Source of the DNA: an uncultured Acidobacteriota bacterium
GTDB taxonomy: Bacteria > Acidobacteriota > UBA6911
DNA length: 64,000 nucleotides
Assembly (NCBI GenBank): GCA_963827655.1
Contig: CAWHCF010000020.1
Coordinates: 256,001 to 320,000 of the forward strand
Direction: 5' to 3'
Both the position numbers and the translations under genes were made by a program. Positions 10,311 to 22,054 of this stretch are shown here, in pieces; the first letter of the stretch is position 1; the number at the start of each line of letters is the position of its first letter. The notes under the pieces are model-generated. The model was not told the DNA's origin. It was given only the letters and a program-made list of their open reading frames with translations, and made no database searches.

Positions 10311-12480
10311 CTAATCGACCCAGCCCAGCAGGTTACGGATAATCGACCAGCGCGGCTCGCGTCTGGCGGCCCGCTTGCCCAGAATCCAGTGTCCGTAGAG
10401 CGCGTCGATGGTGCCGTCTCTGCGTTTCAGCTCGATCCAGGTATTGACGAATTCCAACCACTCGTGATCGCGTCTGGCCACGGGATAGGCTAGCGGTATC
10501 TTGACGATCCCCGGTTCCGGCACGACAACCGTGTATTTCGGGTAAAGCAAAGTCAGCACCGATCCGCGCTCGGCGGGGAGGATTACGGCCTCGAATGTTC
10601 CGTCTTTCAATCCGTCCTCGATTTGCTTGATCGTTTCCACAGTCTGGAGCTTCACTGCCGGCGCGCGCGTTTTTACTCGATTAATGTAATAGGGCGAGTC
10701 TGGAACCGTGACGGGAAACGCGCCGAGCTCCCGGATGGTGGCCCAGCTGGAAAACTTCTCGCGCAGCTGATCCTTCACCACGAAGGCAAGCGTCTCGTCC
10801 AGGTAGGGCTCGGAGAAAAGCATTTCGCTGGCGTTCTCGGGCGTCACCACAACACCCGTCATGGCAAGGTCGAGATGACCCGCTGCCAGCAAACGCGGTA
10901 ACGAGGTCTGATCTTCCATCTCTACAAATTCGACACCGGACGCCGAGGTCGCGGGCGAGCTGTTGAGCCATTTCCACATCGAACCCGACCAACTTGCTAT
11001 CGCGGTTGACGAATGCAAACGGAAGGCGATCAGCCAGGACGCCGATGTGCAGCACGCCGCGTTTCTTGATTGAATCGACGACCGATCCGGCCGGCTTCTC
11101 GACAGCATCACCAAGGTCGACGAGCTTGGTGAGACGTGCCTCCTGATGTGTCATGAGGGGTCGCATGCTGTAGACCAACTCGTCGCCGGCAAACGTCGGC
11201 CTCAACGCGGTATTGAACAGCATTCGCAACCCCCCAATCGTCGCCGCTGATAGCACTACAGTGAGGACAAGATATCGAAGGACGCGCGCCGGGTTGAAGC
11301 GCAACACACCGAGAATGGCAGCGCTGCCAAGCAGCGCAACCGCCACCGTGTAGACCGCCGCGATGAGAGTTCCGAAGTGCGAGTTTACGACGCCGGTTGC
11401 AAGGAACAACTGGAAAGTATCAGCGGGGATGCGAAACAGATCCAACAAAAATGGCAGTGCCACATTCAGGCTGCCGAAGAACGTCAGTAGACCGGTCAGC
11501 GCAAGTCGTGGATATTCCGTCACCGGAACCGCCGCGTCGGCGAACCATCCAGCGAACAGGATGAAGCTGATCGACAATAGCTTGCCGGCGTGGGGAAAAT
11601 TGAAGGACGTGGGTACGATCACGTCGGGGAGCGATTTCGTCTGCTCGTTTACGAGCCGGTGTTGCTCGAGCAGTTCCTTGCATGCCTGGATGAGAATCGG
11701 CAGGACGATGAATAGATCGGCTGCCATGAAGGCGGTGACGAGCGCGTCGTGCGTCCTCGCGAGGACCTCCCTGTAGCCGAACGGGGTGAGCGCCGCGACC
11801 AGTCCGGGCAGTACCCACAACGCGACAAGCAAGGCGACGGCTACGTACGTGATCACATACACCTGGAGCCGGGCGACTTGCTCGATGTTCAACGTCCCCG
11901 CCGTGCTGGCGGCAATGGCGAAGATGCCGTAGGGCGTCAGACCCACGACAAATTTCGTGGCGCTCGACAACGCTTCCTTGGCAACCGCGAAGACGTCGAG
12001 CAGCACATGCTTGCGCTCCACACCAACCAACGCAACACCAATGAAAACGGAGAACAGGACCACGGCCGGCACAATATTGTTGGCCAATGAATGAAACGGA
12101 TTAGAGGGAATAAACAAATCGACAAAGTTAAAAGGCAGGGGCCGCTCAACCAGCGTGGTGCTGAAGAACGTGGCCGTTTCGGTTTCGGGAAATGCCAGAG
12201 GAATGAGGAAGGTAAAAATCAGCGCAAGACACCACAGGCCAAGGACAACCATCCCCGCCCGGAGCCCGAGCGTCTTCAGCTGATCGTAACGCAATGTTCC
12301 CAGACTGCCGATGATGGAGATGGTGATATAGGGGAGCACCATCATCTGGAGTAGCTTGACGAAGCCGTCCGCCACCACCTTGAGCACACCCGCATGTTCG
12401 CCGAAAAAGAGTCCCACGATCACGCCGGAGACTAGCCCAATGAGAATCTTTCTGGAGGTGGTCATCTGCGGCAGGGTCAT
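10311..12480 (-). CDS. Dicarboxylate/amino acid:cation symporter fused to an amino-acid-binding (SBP family 3) domain (frameshift near 10936)
   Basis: Multi-TM FVKLLQMMVLPYI, IPSNPFHSLANN; C-terminal LVGFDVEMAQQLARDLGV joins VEFVEME...NTWIELKRRDG. Confidence 0.88.
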
Positions 12481-12585
12481 AGACGGTTACGACTCCAGGT
12501 TTTTTCCAGCCTCGATGTCGACCCGGGCTCAGGGAGCTGGATCGGCAAGTGCGGGGAGTGAGGCTCCGAGCTTAACCGATGAAAT

Positions 12586-12780
12586 TCAAAACAGGAACTT
12601 CAATCCAAACTGAATTTCGCGACGCGCTCTAGCCCGGCTGATTCGGCCAAAAGTCGAATCTACATTGGTGTCAGGCTCGGCGAACAAAGGGTGGTTGAAC
12701 AGGTTAAAGAACTCGGGCCGGAATTGGAGCGTAACTCTTTCGGTAATACCAGTGTTCTTCAAAACCGAGAAGAAAGCAAG
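12586..12780 (-). pseudogene. Orphan C-terminal fragment of a TonB-dependent (Oar-like) receptor
   Basis: SVLKNTGITERVTLQFRPEFFNLFNHPLF...FGRISRA...REIQFGLKFLF resembles the C-termini of the full receptors in this window; no upstream body. Confidence 0.75.
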
Positions 12781-12815
12781 AAAGCACCGACTTGGTCTAT
12801 CAACTGGTTTACTGA

Positions 12816-12829
12816 TGAAACATGTTCCA
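12816..12829. promoter_or_regulatory. Operator site 2 (TGAAACATGTTCCA)
   Basis: Intergenic, upstream of the GH172 gene. Confidence 0.7.
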
Positions 12830-12921
12830 CAAACCTCCAGAAACAATAATCAACTAGACCGAGACACCAGAAAAGGCGAAGAGTAATGTATTCTGTACGA
12901 CTCAAGAAGCAGGGGGCAAAA

Positions 12922-14274
12922 ATGACACACCGTCGACTTTCCTTGGTGACCCTGACGCTGCTGGCGCTAGGCGTCAGCTTGTTCGGGACTCAGGCAAAAG
13001 AAGACCTCTACGCGCCCATGAGCGCCTTCGTGCGGCAGTTTGCCGAAATCCATGATGCCCGGACGGCCCGGATATCCAGCTGGGATCAAACCGGGGGGAA
13101 CAAAGACTGTGTGATGGTAGACCCGGGAGAAGACAAAGTGCTGGCAGAAATAAAGGGCCCCGGCAGCATCAGGCACATCTTCGTAGGAACGACGACTCCC
13201 GCAAGAACCTTCTCGAGGGAACTGGTGCTCAGGATGTACTGGGACGGCGAAAAGGAACCGTCGGTCGAGGTGCCGCTAGGAGATTTCTTCCTGACCGGTC
13301 ACGAAGCCTATGTTCGCCACTTGACCAGCACCTTTGTCGTCATTAACCCGGGAACCAGCGGCCTGGGGAGCCATGGCTACAATTCCTATTTCCCCATGCC
13401 CTTTGGCAACGGGGCCAGAATAACCCTGGAGAATCAGACCGACCGGAAGTCGAACCAGTTCTGCTATCAGATCGAGTACGAGTCTTACGATCGACCTCTT
13501 CCGTCAGACGTCGGCCGGTTTCACGCCCAGTGGCGGCGGGAAAACCCCACAAGGTCCACAGTCGCGGCGGGCAACAAGAACAAGGTTCTCTGGGAGGGGA
13601 CGAACACGGATGGCCAATGCAATTACGTCATTCTCGAAGCGGAAGGCAAAGGACATCTGCTCGGATTTCTGCTGAACATCGATAATGCTCAGGAAGGCTG
13701 GTATGGCGAAGGAGATGACATGATCTTCATCGACGGCGAGACCTGGCCTCCTCGTTATCACGGCACCGGAACGGAGGAGATCTTTGGCGGCGGAGCTACC
13801 CCCAACGGTGAATTTGCGGGCCCCCACTCCGGCTTTCACATGACCGAGAATAGAGGCGGGAAGAATTTCGCCGGCAAGGTGTCGTTATTCCGCTGGTATG
13901 TGCACGACCCCGTCCGTTTTCAAAAGTCGATCCGCTGGACCATCGAGCACGGACATGCCAATAACTTCGAGAACGATTATTCCAGCGTGGCCTACTGGTA
14001 TCAACTGGAGCCGCATGCGCCATTCCCTCGCCTCCCTGCTCCCCAGGAACGTCTTTCGCTGATGCCGGAGGAGTATTTCAAGGCCAGAACATTGCTCTTC
14101 AGCACTCAAGATCAGCTCGGAGTACTCGACCGGCTTCCGAGCGAGGTCAAAGAGAGGCTGAGAAACATCCGGCGCGAGGGACATCGACTCTTCCAGGAAG
14201 GACAGTTCGCCCGCGCCCTGGAGAAGTTCGAGTATCACGCCCGGGAGGCGAGAAAGCTGAGCGCCTGGAAATGA
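12922..14274 (+). CDS. DUF2961 / glycoside hydrolase family 172 protein, secreted
   Basis: SSWDQTGGNKD, GPGSIRHI, LRMYWDGEKEPSVEVPLGDFF, WYGEGDDMIFIDGE, GTGTEE, IEHGHAN, SVAYWYQ. Confidence 0.9.
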   Translation: MTHRRLSLVTLTLLALGVSLFGTQAKEDLYAPMSAFVRQFAEIHDARTARISSWDQTGGNKDCVMVDPGEDKVLAEIKGPGSIRHIFVGTTTPARTFSRELVLRMYWDGEKEPSVEVPLGDFFLTGHEAYVRHLTSTFVVINPGTSGLGSHGYNSYFPMPFGNGARITLENQTDRKSNQFCYQIEYESYDRPLPSDVGRFHAQWRRENPTRSTVAAGNKNKVLWEGTNTDGQCNYVILEAEGKGHLLGFLLNIDNAQEGWYGEGDDMIFIDGETWPPRYHGTGTEEIFGGGATPNGEFAGPHSGFHMTENRGGKNFAGKVSLFRWYVHDPVRFQKSIRWTIEHGHANNFENDYSSVAYWYQLEPHAPFPRLPAPQERLSLMPEEYFKARTLLFSTQDQLGVLDRLPSEVKERLRNIRREGHRLFQEGQFARALEKFEYHAREARKLSAWK

Positions 14275-14377
14275 ATTAGAGCCGTCTGCAATCGTGGTTA
14301 GAGCTGAAAAAAATACCACGAAGACTCAAGACACTAAGGACTGCCGAAAAGCGAAACAGGCGCGCGGGTGGATTGTC

Positions 14378-14396
14378 TTGACTAGAACATGTTCCC
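14378..14396 (+). promoter_or_regulatory. TTGACT -35 with operator site 3 (TAGAACATGTTCCC, 14383-14396) in the spacer
   Basis: Directly upstream of the receptor gene at 14459. Confidence 0.75.
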
Positions 14397-14458
14397 GTGT
14401 TATTCGGGATGCATCGTTGGCCTTTCGATAACCAACTCTCGAGGCAAAGGAGACCCCC

Positions 14459-17400
14459 ATGAAGAGGCTCGCTCTTTCGCTTCTGGCCTCGCCGCTCATT
14501 GCCGCCACGCTAAGCGCCCAGGATATCAACGGCTCCCTCTTCGGATATCTCGCCGACCCTCGCGGCCTGCCGGTCGCCGGGGGTACCGTTACCCTCAGGA
14601 ACATCAAGACCGACGCCCGCCGGAGTGCCCAAGCCGACGAGCGGGGCGCCTTCGAGTTCCTCTCGGTGACGCCGGGAAGCTATGACCTGGTGGCCGAACA
14701 GTCCGGCTTCAAGAAACTGGTGAGCTCGGGACACGAGATCTCGCCGACCGAGCGTCTTTCGGTGGGAACCTTGACGCTCGAGCTGGGCGAGGTGAACGAA
14801 TCGGTCGTGGTTTCGGGCCGGCTCGAGACGGTCCAGACCGTCAGCTCCGAGCGCGGCCAGAACATCAGCCGCTATCAACTGGAAAACCTGCAGCTCCTGT
14901 CGCGCGATCCGATGGAGCTCGTGGTCCGAATGCCGGGTTTCGCGAGCGGCGAGACTTCCACCTTCGCGGCGCAGGATCCCTCGGCGCTGCGGCTGCTCAC
15001 GGTGGGCGGCCTGAGGGCTACGAACAAGAACTTCACGGTCGACGGCGTCTCGGCCAAGGACTTTCGCACCGGCAATGCGAGCACGGTGGCAATCACGGCC
15101 GACGCGGTCGAAGAGGTGCAGGTTCAGGCGGCGAACTTTCAGGCCGAGTACGGACGCACTTCGGGCCCGTCAATAAACATCATCACGCGGGCCGGCTCAC
15201 AGAACTTCCACGGCTCGGTCTATTATTACCGGCGCCATGAGAAGCTCAACGCCAACGGCTTCTTCAACAACAGAAACGGGGTCGGGAAACAGCCCAACCG
15301 CGAGCAGACTCGCGGTCTGACGATCGGCGGCCCGATCTACATCCCGGGCCTGTTCAACACCGACAAGCGCAAGCTGTTCTTTTTCTTCTCCGAGTCGCAA
15401 GCGCCGGCCACCAACCCGGCGATCACGCATCAGATCACGATGCCGACGCCGCTCGAGCGCCAGGGGGATTTCTCCGAGTCGCTGGACCAGACCGGCCGGC
15501 TGATCGTCATCCGCGACCCGGCCACGGGAGCGGCCTTCCCGGGGAATCGCATCCCGGCCAGCCGCCTGAATCCGCTCGGCATGCAGCTGCTCGATGTGTT
15601 TCCACAGCCCAACGCCACCGACCCTCAGCGGCGATTCAATTTCCAGCAGAGCGGCTTCCGCTTCCGCCGCGACACGCGCGAGGAGGTGGTGCGGGTCGAT
15701 TACCAGATGAGCGATCGCATCGCGTTCAACGGCAGGTACATCCAGGACAAACACGATGCCCTGAGGAACCAGTTCGCGAACTGGTCGCTGATCGACGGCC
15801 GCAATGCGCGGCCGGGGAAGAACGTGTCGCTGGCGAGCACCCAGACCCTCTCGACGACGCTGGTGAACCAGGCGACTTTTGGGTACAGCCGGGCTCACAG
15901 CGACCTGCGGCCCGAGGATCCGGCAGATCTTGCCAAGATCCAGCGCTCAACCTACGGAGTCCAACTCGGGCAGCTCAACCCGCAGAACAACCCCGATGAC
16001 CTGCTCCCTCAGCTCAACTTCGGCGCCACCCTGCCATCCTTGCCCACCATCGATCCGGGACGCGAGCTCGACCTGCAGCAGGGTTTCACGGCGATCGACA
16101 ATGTTTCCAAGGTCTACCGGTCGCACATACTCAAGGCCGGGATCTACTACGAGCGCGCCCTGGAAGATATCACCCAGCCAGGAGGTTTCGGCCGCCTTAA
16201 TTTCGCCGTCAACGCGAACAACCCGAACGAAACCAATCACCCGTTTGCCAACGCCCTGCTGGGCAACTTCAATACCTATATGGAGGAGAGCAGCATCCCG
16301 GGAAGCAGGCTGCGTTTTACCAATCTCGAGTGGTACGTTCAGGACACCTGGCGCGCCAGCCGCACCCTGACACTGGAGTATGGCCTGCGCTTCTACTGGC
16401 ACCCGCCTCAGACCGAGGCCGACGATCAATTGGCCGGCTTCGACAGGTTGAGCTTCGATCCGTCTCGCACCGTCCGGTTGTACGAGCCCTTCCGCGATCC
16501 GCAGCAGGGACTGGTAGGGCGCGACCCGGCCACGGGCGCGCTGGTTCCGAACGCCCTGGTCGGCGCGATCGTCCCGGGGAGCGGCGACGTGGCCAACGGG
16601 ATCGTCACGGTTTCCAGCCGCGATCTGGTCAAAGGGGGATTTGCCGTCGCTCCTCGCTTCGGGTTTGCTTACGACCCTGCCGGCGACGGCAAGACTGCCA
16701 TCCGGGGCGGCTTCGGCATCTTCTACGATCGACTGCCGGACAACTTTTTCCAGCAGCTGGCGGTGAATCCGCCGCTCATCTTTACCCCGACGATCTTTTT
16801 CGGAAGCCTCCCGAGTCTGCCCAGCTCGACTGGAGTCGTCTTCCCGCAGACGATCCGGGGCATCGCCCCCTTCGGCGAGCTTCCGACCGTGATGAACTTC
16901 TCCGTCGGGGTTCAGCGCCGCGTCGCGAACCTGTTCGTCGCCGATTTTGCCTACGTCGGCTCGCTCGGGCGCCACCTCACGGAGACGCGTGACTACAATA
17001 CGACTGCGCCCGGTACGAACTTCCTGCGGGCCAACGAGAATCCGACCGCGCCCAATACACCGCTCGCGCCCGCCTTCCTGCGCCCGTACCGCGGCTACCA
17101 AGGGATCATCGTGACCGATATGGGGAGTAACTCAAATTATCATTCGCTCCAGGCCGGCTTTACCCGCACGTTCGGAAATCGGTTCAACTTCCAGGGAAAC
17201 TGGACCTACTCGAAGGCGATGGATTTTGCCAGCTTCGACGCGACCGGGCGCTCCGTTCTGCTCGACAAGTCGCGCGACTATGCCAAGTCGAGCTTCGACG
17301 TGCTGCACATCCTGCACTTCAACTGGATCTACCAGCTGCCCGGCCTGAGCTCGCACCTGGGCGGCAGCCGGATACTGGCGCACATCTTCGACGATTGGCG

Positions 17401-17887
17401 GCTCACCGGAAACGCTCAGATCCAGGGAGGCGTTCCGCGCGACATTACGCTGACGGCTCCGAACGACTTTACCGGCTCAACCGAGGGGGCGCGGGTAACC
17501 GTCCTTGGCGCGCTGCAGCCCGGCAGCTTCGAGAAAAGCTTCGAGACGTGGTTCGATCCGAACGCCGTCGGCCGGCCCCGGCCGGGACAGTTCGGCGTGA
17601 CCCAGCCCGGGGACGTCGATTACGGCAACGCCCCGCGCGACATCGTGCGCGAGCCGGGCATCAACAATTGGAACATCGCTCTGAGCAAGATCTTTCGTCT
17701 TTACGAGGACCACCGGCTGCAGTTCAGCGGCGAGTTCTACAATTTTCCGAACCACACACAGTTCCGCACGCTCGACCGCGCGGCGCGCTTCAGCGCCGCC
17801 GGGCAGCCGACGAATGCGACGCTGGGGCAGGTGATCACCGCCCGCGACGCGCGCGTGATCCAGCTCGCCCTGCGCTATAATTTTTGA
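14459..17887 (+). CDS. TonB-dependent receptor-like (Oar-type) protein with carboxypeptidase-regulatory N-domain
   Basis: Signal peptide, N-terminal Ig-like domain, AEYGR..G..INIITR.G, PRFGFAYD..GDGKTAIRGGFG, C-terminal Phe. Confidence 0.92.
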   Translation: MKRLALSLLASPLIAATLSAQDINGSLFGYLADPRGLPVAGGTVTLRNIKTDARRSAQADERGAFEFLSVTPGSYDLVAEQSGFKKLVSSGHEISPTERLSVGTLTLELGEVNESVVVSGRLETVQTVSSERGQNISRYQLENLQLLSRDPMELVVRMPGFASGETSTFAAQDPSALRLLTVGGLRATNKNFTVDGVSAKDFRTGNASTVAITADAVEEVQVQAANFQAEYGRTSGPSINIITRAGSQNFHGSVYYYRRHEKLNANGFFNNRNGVGKQPNREQTRGLTIGGPIYIPGLFNTDKRKLFFFFSESQAPATNPAITHQITMPTPLERQGDFSESLDQTGRLIVIRDPATGAAFPGNRIPASRLNPLGMQLLDVFPQPNATDPQRRFNFQQSGFRFRRDTREEVVRVDYQMSDRIAFNGRYIQDKHDALRNQFANWSLIDGRNARPGKNVSLASTQTLSTTLVNQATFGYSRAHSDLRPEDPADLAKIQRSTYGVQLGQLNPQNNPDDLLPQLNFGATLPSLPTIDPGRELDLQQGFTAIDNVSKVYRSHILKAGIYYERALEDITQPGGFGRLNFAVNANNPNETNHPFANALLGNFNTYMEESSIPGSRLRFTNLEWYVQDTWRASRTLTLEYGLRFYWHPPQTEADDQLAGFDRLSFDPSRTVRLYEPFRDPQQGLVGRDPATGALVPNALVGAIVPGSGDVANGIVTVSSRDLVKGGFAVAPRFGFAYDPAGDGKTAIRGGFGIFYDRLPDNFFQQLAVNPPLIFTPTIFFGSLPSLPSSTGVVFPQTIRGIAPFGELPTVMNFSVGVQRRVANLFVADFAYVGSLGRHLTETRDYNTTAPGTNFLRANENPTAPNTPLAPAFLRPYRGYQGIIVTDMGSNSNYHSLQAGFTRTFGNRFNFQGNWTYSKAMDFASFDATGRSVLLDKSRDYAKSSFDVLHILHFNWIYQLPGLSSHLGGSRILAHIFDDWRLTGNAQIQGGVPRDITLTAPNDFTGSTEGARVTVLGALQPGSFEKSFETWFDPNAVGRPRPGQFGVTQPGDVDYGNAPRDIVREPGINNWNIALSKIFRLYEDHRLQFSGEFYNFPNHTQFRTLDRAARFSAAGQPTNATLGQVITARDARVIQLALRYNF

Positions 17888-18216
17888 CCACGGAAACTCG
17901 ATGGCCGCGCCCGTGAGAAGATGTGAACTAATTGGGTCTGTGGCGCGGGTCATCAGAGGCTTTCGCAAAACGACCCGATCCATGTGCGGACGGGCTATCA
18001 AGCCCGTCCGGCCTCTAATGGCACGAAAGAACGTTTTAACGCTGAATCCTCCCGATCACGTTACTGCGACGGTCGATGACCGGCCTGAGACTCGCCGGCT
18101 GCGCCTTCGGCCCAAGGGACTTCAGCCCGCGTTAACGGGACGCGAGAAAAACTTTCGAAAGGAATAACGCTACTGTCGAATCAAGATTGAATACAAGAGA
18201 AGTTGACCGCGCTTCA

Positions 18217-18244
18217 GGAAACATGTTCCAAGATTGTATTGACG
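18217..18244 (+). promoter_or_regulatory. Operator site 4 (GGAAACATGTTCCA, 18217-18230) followed 8 bp later by TTGACG
   Basis: In the intergenic region upstream of the second receptor. Confidence 0.7.
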
Positions 18245-18528
18245 CCGCGCTCGCGGCATGCTACTAGACTAGCAAACATGAACCAGGCGGTCTTGGTTTT
18301 CGTTCACGGTGGCAGACAGTCGGCCGCGGGTCCTCACGCTCCCTGGCAGAGACCCGCACGATGCTCGCTGCCTCGAGCGCTTGGCTGGCGGTCGAGTCCG
18401 GTCTAAAGCCGGGTCGAATCGGATGAAGCGTTCGCAGGAGCGCGGTTGAGCGCGCAGGCGCGGCATTGAAGCGGGAAGGGCAAATCAAATACTTTTACTT
18501 TGTTGATTCTCTGGAGGCGAACAAGAAA

Positions 18529-21500
18529 ATGCGTAGGACAAAGGCGGCTTTAGCTCTCTTCTTCTTCCTGCTGGGGTGCGGTTGGCTAGCGGCTCAGAGC
18601 ATCTCCGGATCGATCACCGGCACCGTGGTTGATCCCAAGGGCCTGGCGATCCCGGGTGCGACCGTGGTATTGACCAACGTGGGGACCAGCGTCCAGCTCA
18701 CGGCCACATCCAACGAGGAGGGCCGGTTCGAGTTTCTTTCGCTCCTCCCCGGGACCTATGACCTGACGGTGGAGATCACGGGGTTCAAGAAGCTGGTGCG
18801 CGCCGGCAACGTGCTTTCAGCCACCCAGCGTCTGACGACCGGGCCGCTCACGCTCGATCTGGGCGGTGTTCAGGAATCGGTCATGGTATCGGGAAGGGTC
18901 GAGGCCGTACAGACCGTTAGCGGCGAGCGCAGCGGCCTGATCACGCGGCAGCAGCTCGATAACTTGCAGACCTTTGCCCGGGACCCCCTCGAGCTGTGGG
19001 CCAAGCTTCCAGGCATCATCACCGATGGCGCCGGCAACGCCGCCTTCCAGACGCCTCACGCCATCCGAGAAATCAGCGTCATGGGTGGACGCCGCAACAA
19101 CAAGAACGTCACGATCGACGGCCTGTCGGCTATGAACACCGTGACGAACCAGGCCCTGAGCGTCACCCCGAGCATCGACTCGGTGGAGGAGGTCCAGGTC
19201 CTGCTCTCGAACTATCAGGCCGAATATGGCCGCAACGCCGGAGCCGGCATCAACATCATCACCCGCTCCGGAAGCCGCGACTTCCACGGCTCGGTCTCTT
19301 TTTACATGCGTCACGAGAACCTGAACGCGACGAGCTTCTTCGACAATAAATTCGGCCGCGAGAAGCCGCTCAGCCGCACTCAAACCCGGGGTCTGACGAT
19401 CGGCGGCCCGGCCTACATTCCCGGCATGTTCAACGTCGACAAAAAGAAGCTCTTCTTCTTTTTCTCGACCTCGCAACAGCCGTTCAAGCTCCCGCCGCCG
19501 CTACACCAGATCCAGATGCCGACCGACCTGGAGCGTCAGGGCGACTTCTCACAATCCTTCGCCCAGAACGGCGCTCTGATCACGGTGCGCGATCCCCAGA
19601 CCGGACAGCCTTTCCCGGGAAACCGGATTCCCTCGAACCGTCTGGAGCCGCTCGGGGTCCAGCTCCTCAGTATCTTCCCGAAGCCCAATACCAGCGATCC
19701 GCAGCGCCGATGGAACTATCAGCAGAGCGGGCTTCAGTACCGGCAGCCGCGGCGCTCGCGAAGTTATCCGGCTCGATTACAACCTGAGCGACCACTACTC
19801 GCTCATGGGGCGCTACGTCCAGGACAAGAACGACATCATCACGGATTATTTCTCGAACTTCTCGCTGGGCGAAACGCGGCTTTCGCGGCCAGGCAAGAAC
19901 GTGCTGCTGCGCTTCAATCAGGTGCTCTCGCCCAGCCTGGTGAACGAGTCGTCGTTCGGCTACAACCGTGTCCTCACCCAGACGGGACCTGAAGACGATG
20001 CGGCGCTGGCGGCCTTCCAGCGTTCGACCTACGGCATCCAGCTCTCGCAGCTGAACCCGGAAAACAACCCGCAAAACCTGGTGCCGAACATCAACTTCGG
20101 CGCGCCTCTGTCAGGGAATTTGGCGCCCACGTTGAACAACGCCTTCAGCAGCGAGTTCGTGGAGCATTTCACCGTAGGCGACAACCTGTCGAAGAACTTC
20201 ACCAATCACATCTTGAAATTCGGGGTTTATTTCGAGCGCGGCATGACCGACAGCCTGCCGGCTGGGGGCAATGGTGCGCTCACCTTCAACGTGGATGCGA
20301 ACAACCCGAACGATGCGGGCTATCCTTACGCCAACGCCGTTCTGGGAAACTTCAGGACCTACACGGAGCCGACCATCCGGCGCGAAGCCGGCTTCAGCTT
20401 CACTAATCTGGAGTGGTACGCACAGGACAACTGGCGCGTGAACCGGAAGCTCACCTTCGAGTACGGACTGCGCTTCTACTGGCATCCGCCCGAGTTCGAG
20501 AGCGAGGACTTCATGTCGAGCGCTTCCCTCGCGAGCTTCGACCGGTCGAAGGCGGTGCGGCTCTACCTGCCGGCACCCGGCAACGCAGGGCCGTGATCCT
20601 GTGACGGGAGCGACCGTCCCTCGCGCTCTGATCGGCTCGATCGTCCCGGGGAGCGGGGATATAACGAACGGAATCGCGCTGCAGTCCCAGGAAGACCTGG
20701 TCGATGACCGCGGGATTCATCTGGCTCCGCGCTTCGGTTTTGCCTACGACCTGGCCGGCGACGGGAAGACCGCAATCCGTGGCGGATTCGGCATGTTCTA
20801 CGACCGCCTCTCGAACGCGGTTCTTTCGAGACTGGCCCAGAACGCGCCCCTGGTCCTGAACCCGACCGTCTTTAATTCGAATCTCAACGGGCTGCTCGGC
20901 GCTTCGGGCGCGATCTTCCCCGGTGACCTGTTCGGAATCGGCAATGAGGGCCAGCTGGCGACCGCGATGAACTACTCGCTCGGCGTACAGCGTCGCATCG
21001 GCTCGGCTTTCGCCATCGACGTCGCCTACGTCGCGTCGCTGAGCCGCCACCTGGCGGAAGGTCGGGACTACAATACCCTCCCGCCGGCCGCTCGCTTCCT
21101 GCGGGCCAACGAAGATCCGACCGTGCCGAATCGCGCCCTGGCCGATCCTTTCCTTCGGCCCTACCAGGGATACAATCAGATTCTGATGACCGAGATGAGC
21201 GGCAACTCGAACTATCATTCGATGCAGGCCGGCCTCACGCGCCGCTTTGGTGACCGGTTCAACTTCGATGTCAACTACACCTGGGCCCGCGCGCTCAATT
21301 ACACCGCGAACGACGCCGGCCTGCGCTCGGTGCTGCTCCCCGGCGGACGGGACTACGGTCGTGCCGACATCGCAGCCAACCACGTCTTCAACGCGAATTA
21401 CATCTACCAGATCCCGAACCTCAGCCCACATATGGGCGGAAACAAGTTTGTCAAGGCGATCTTCGACGACTGGCGCATCTCGGGTGTCACCCAGTACATG

Positions 21501-21965
21501 AGCGGCTACCCGATGGGGATTGTGCTCAACGCCCCGGGCCAGGACTTTACCGGGTCGAACGAGCTCGCGCGCGTCAACGTCACGGGTCCCGTTAACCTGC
21601 CCAAGGACGAACGAACTTTCTCGCGCCATTTCGACACCAGCGCCATTACGAGGCCGATTCCCGGCGCCTTCGGCGCGACCCTGCCGGCGAACGTCGATTA
21701 TGGCAGCGCTTCCAAGGATGTCTTCAACCAGCCGGGATTTAACATGTGGAACGCGTCAGTGACCAAGGTGATCCGGATCCACGAGAGCCACCGCTTCCAG
21801 ATCAGCGCCGAGTTCTACAATTTGCCGAACCATACTCAGTTCCGGCGCGCCAACAACACGGCTCAGTTCAACGCTGCGGGCGCCCAGACCAATCCGCAGT
21901 TCGGCGAGTACATCAGCGACCTCGGCCCGCGCCAGATCCAGCTCGGGATCCGCTACGACTTCTAA
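18529..21965 (+). CDS. TonB-dependent receptor-like protein, close paralogue of 14459-17887 (frameshifts near 19759 and 20589)
   Basis: Three consecutive ORF pieces are colinear with the upstream paralogue; GGAGG RBS before ATG 18529; ends IRYDF*. Confidence 0.88.
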
Positions 21966-22054
21966 CGATTGACGATTGACGATTGACGATTGACGATTGG
22001 AGATGAACTAGTGACCAGGCTTCAATCGTCAATCGTCAATCGGAAATCGTCAAT
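21965..22054. repeat. Heptamer tandem repeat (ACGATTG)x5 with inverted arm (CAATCGT)x~4.5
   Basis: Arms at 21965-21999 and 22023-22054. Confidence 0.9.

Noticed and set aside
18380-18425. TCCGGTCTAAAG as part of a c-di-GMP-I riboswitch
   Set aside because: The upstream GGCAAA..GAAA..GACGCAAAGC elements are absent.
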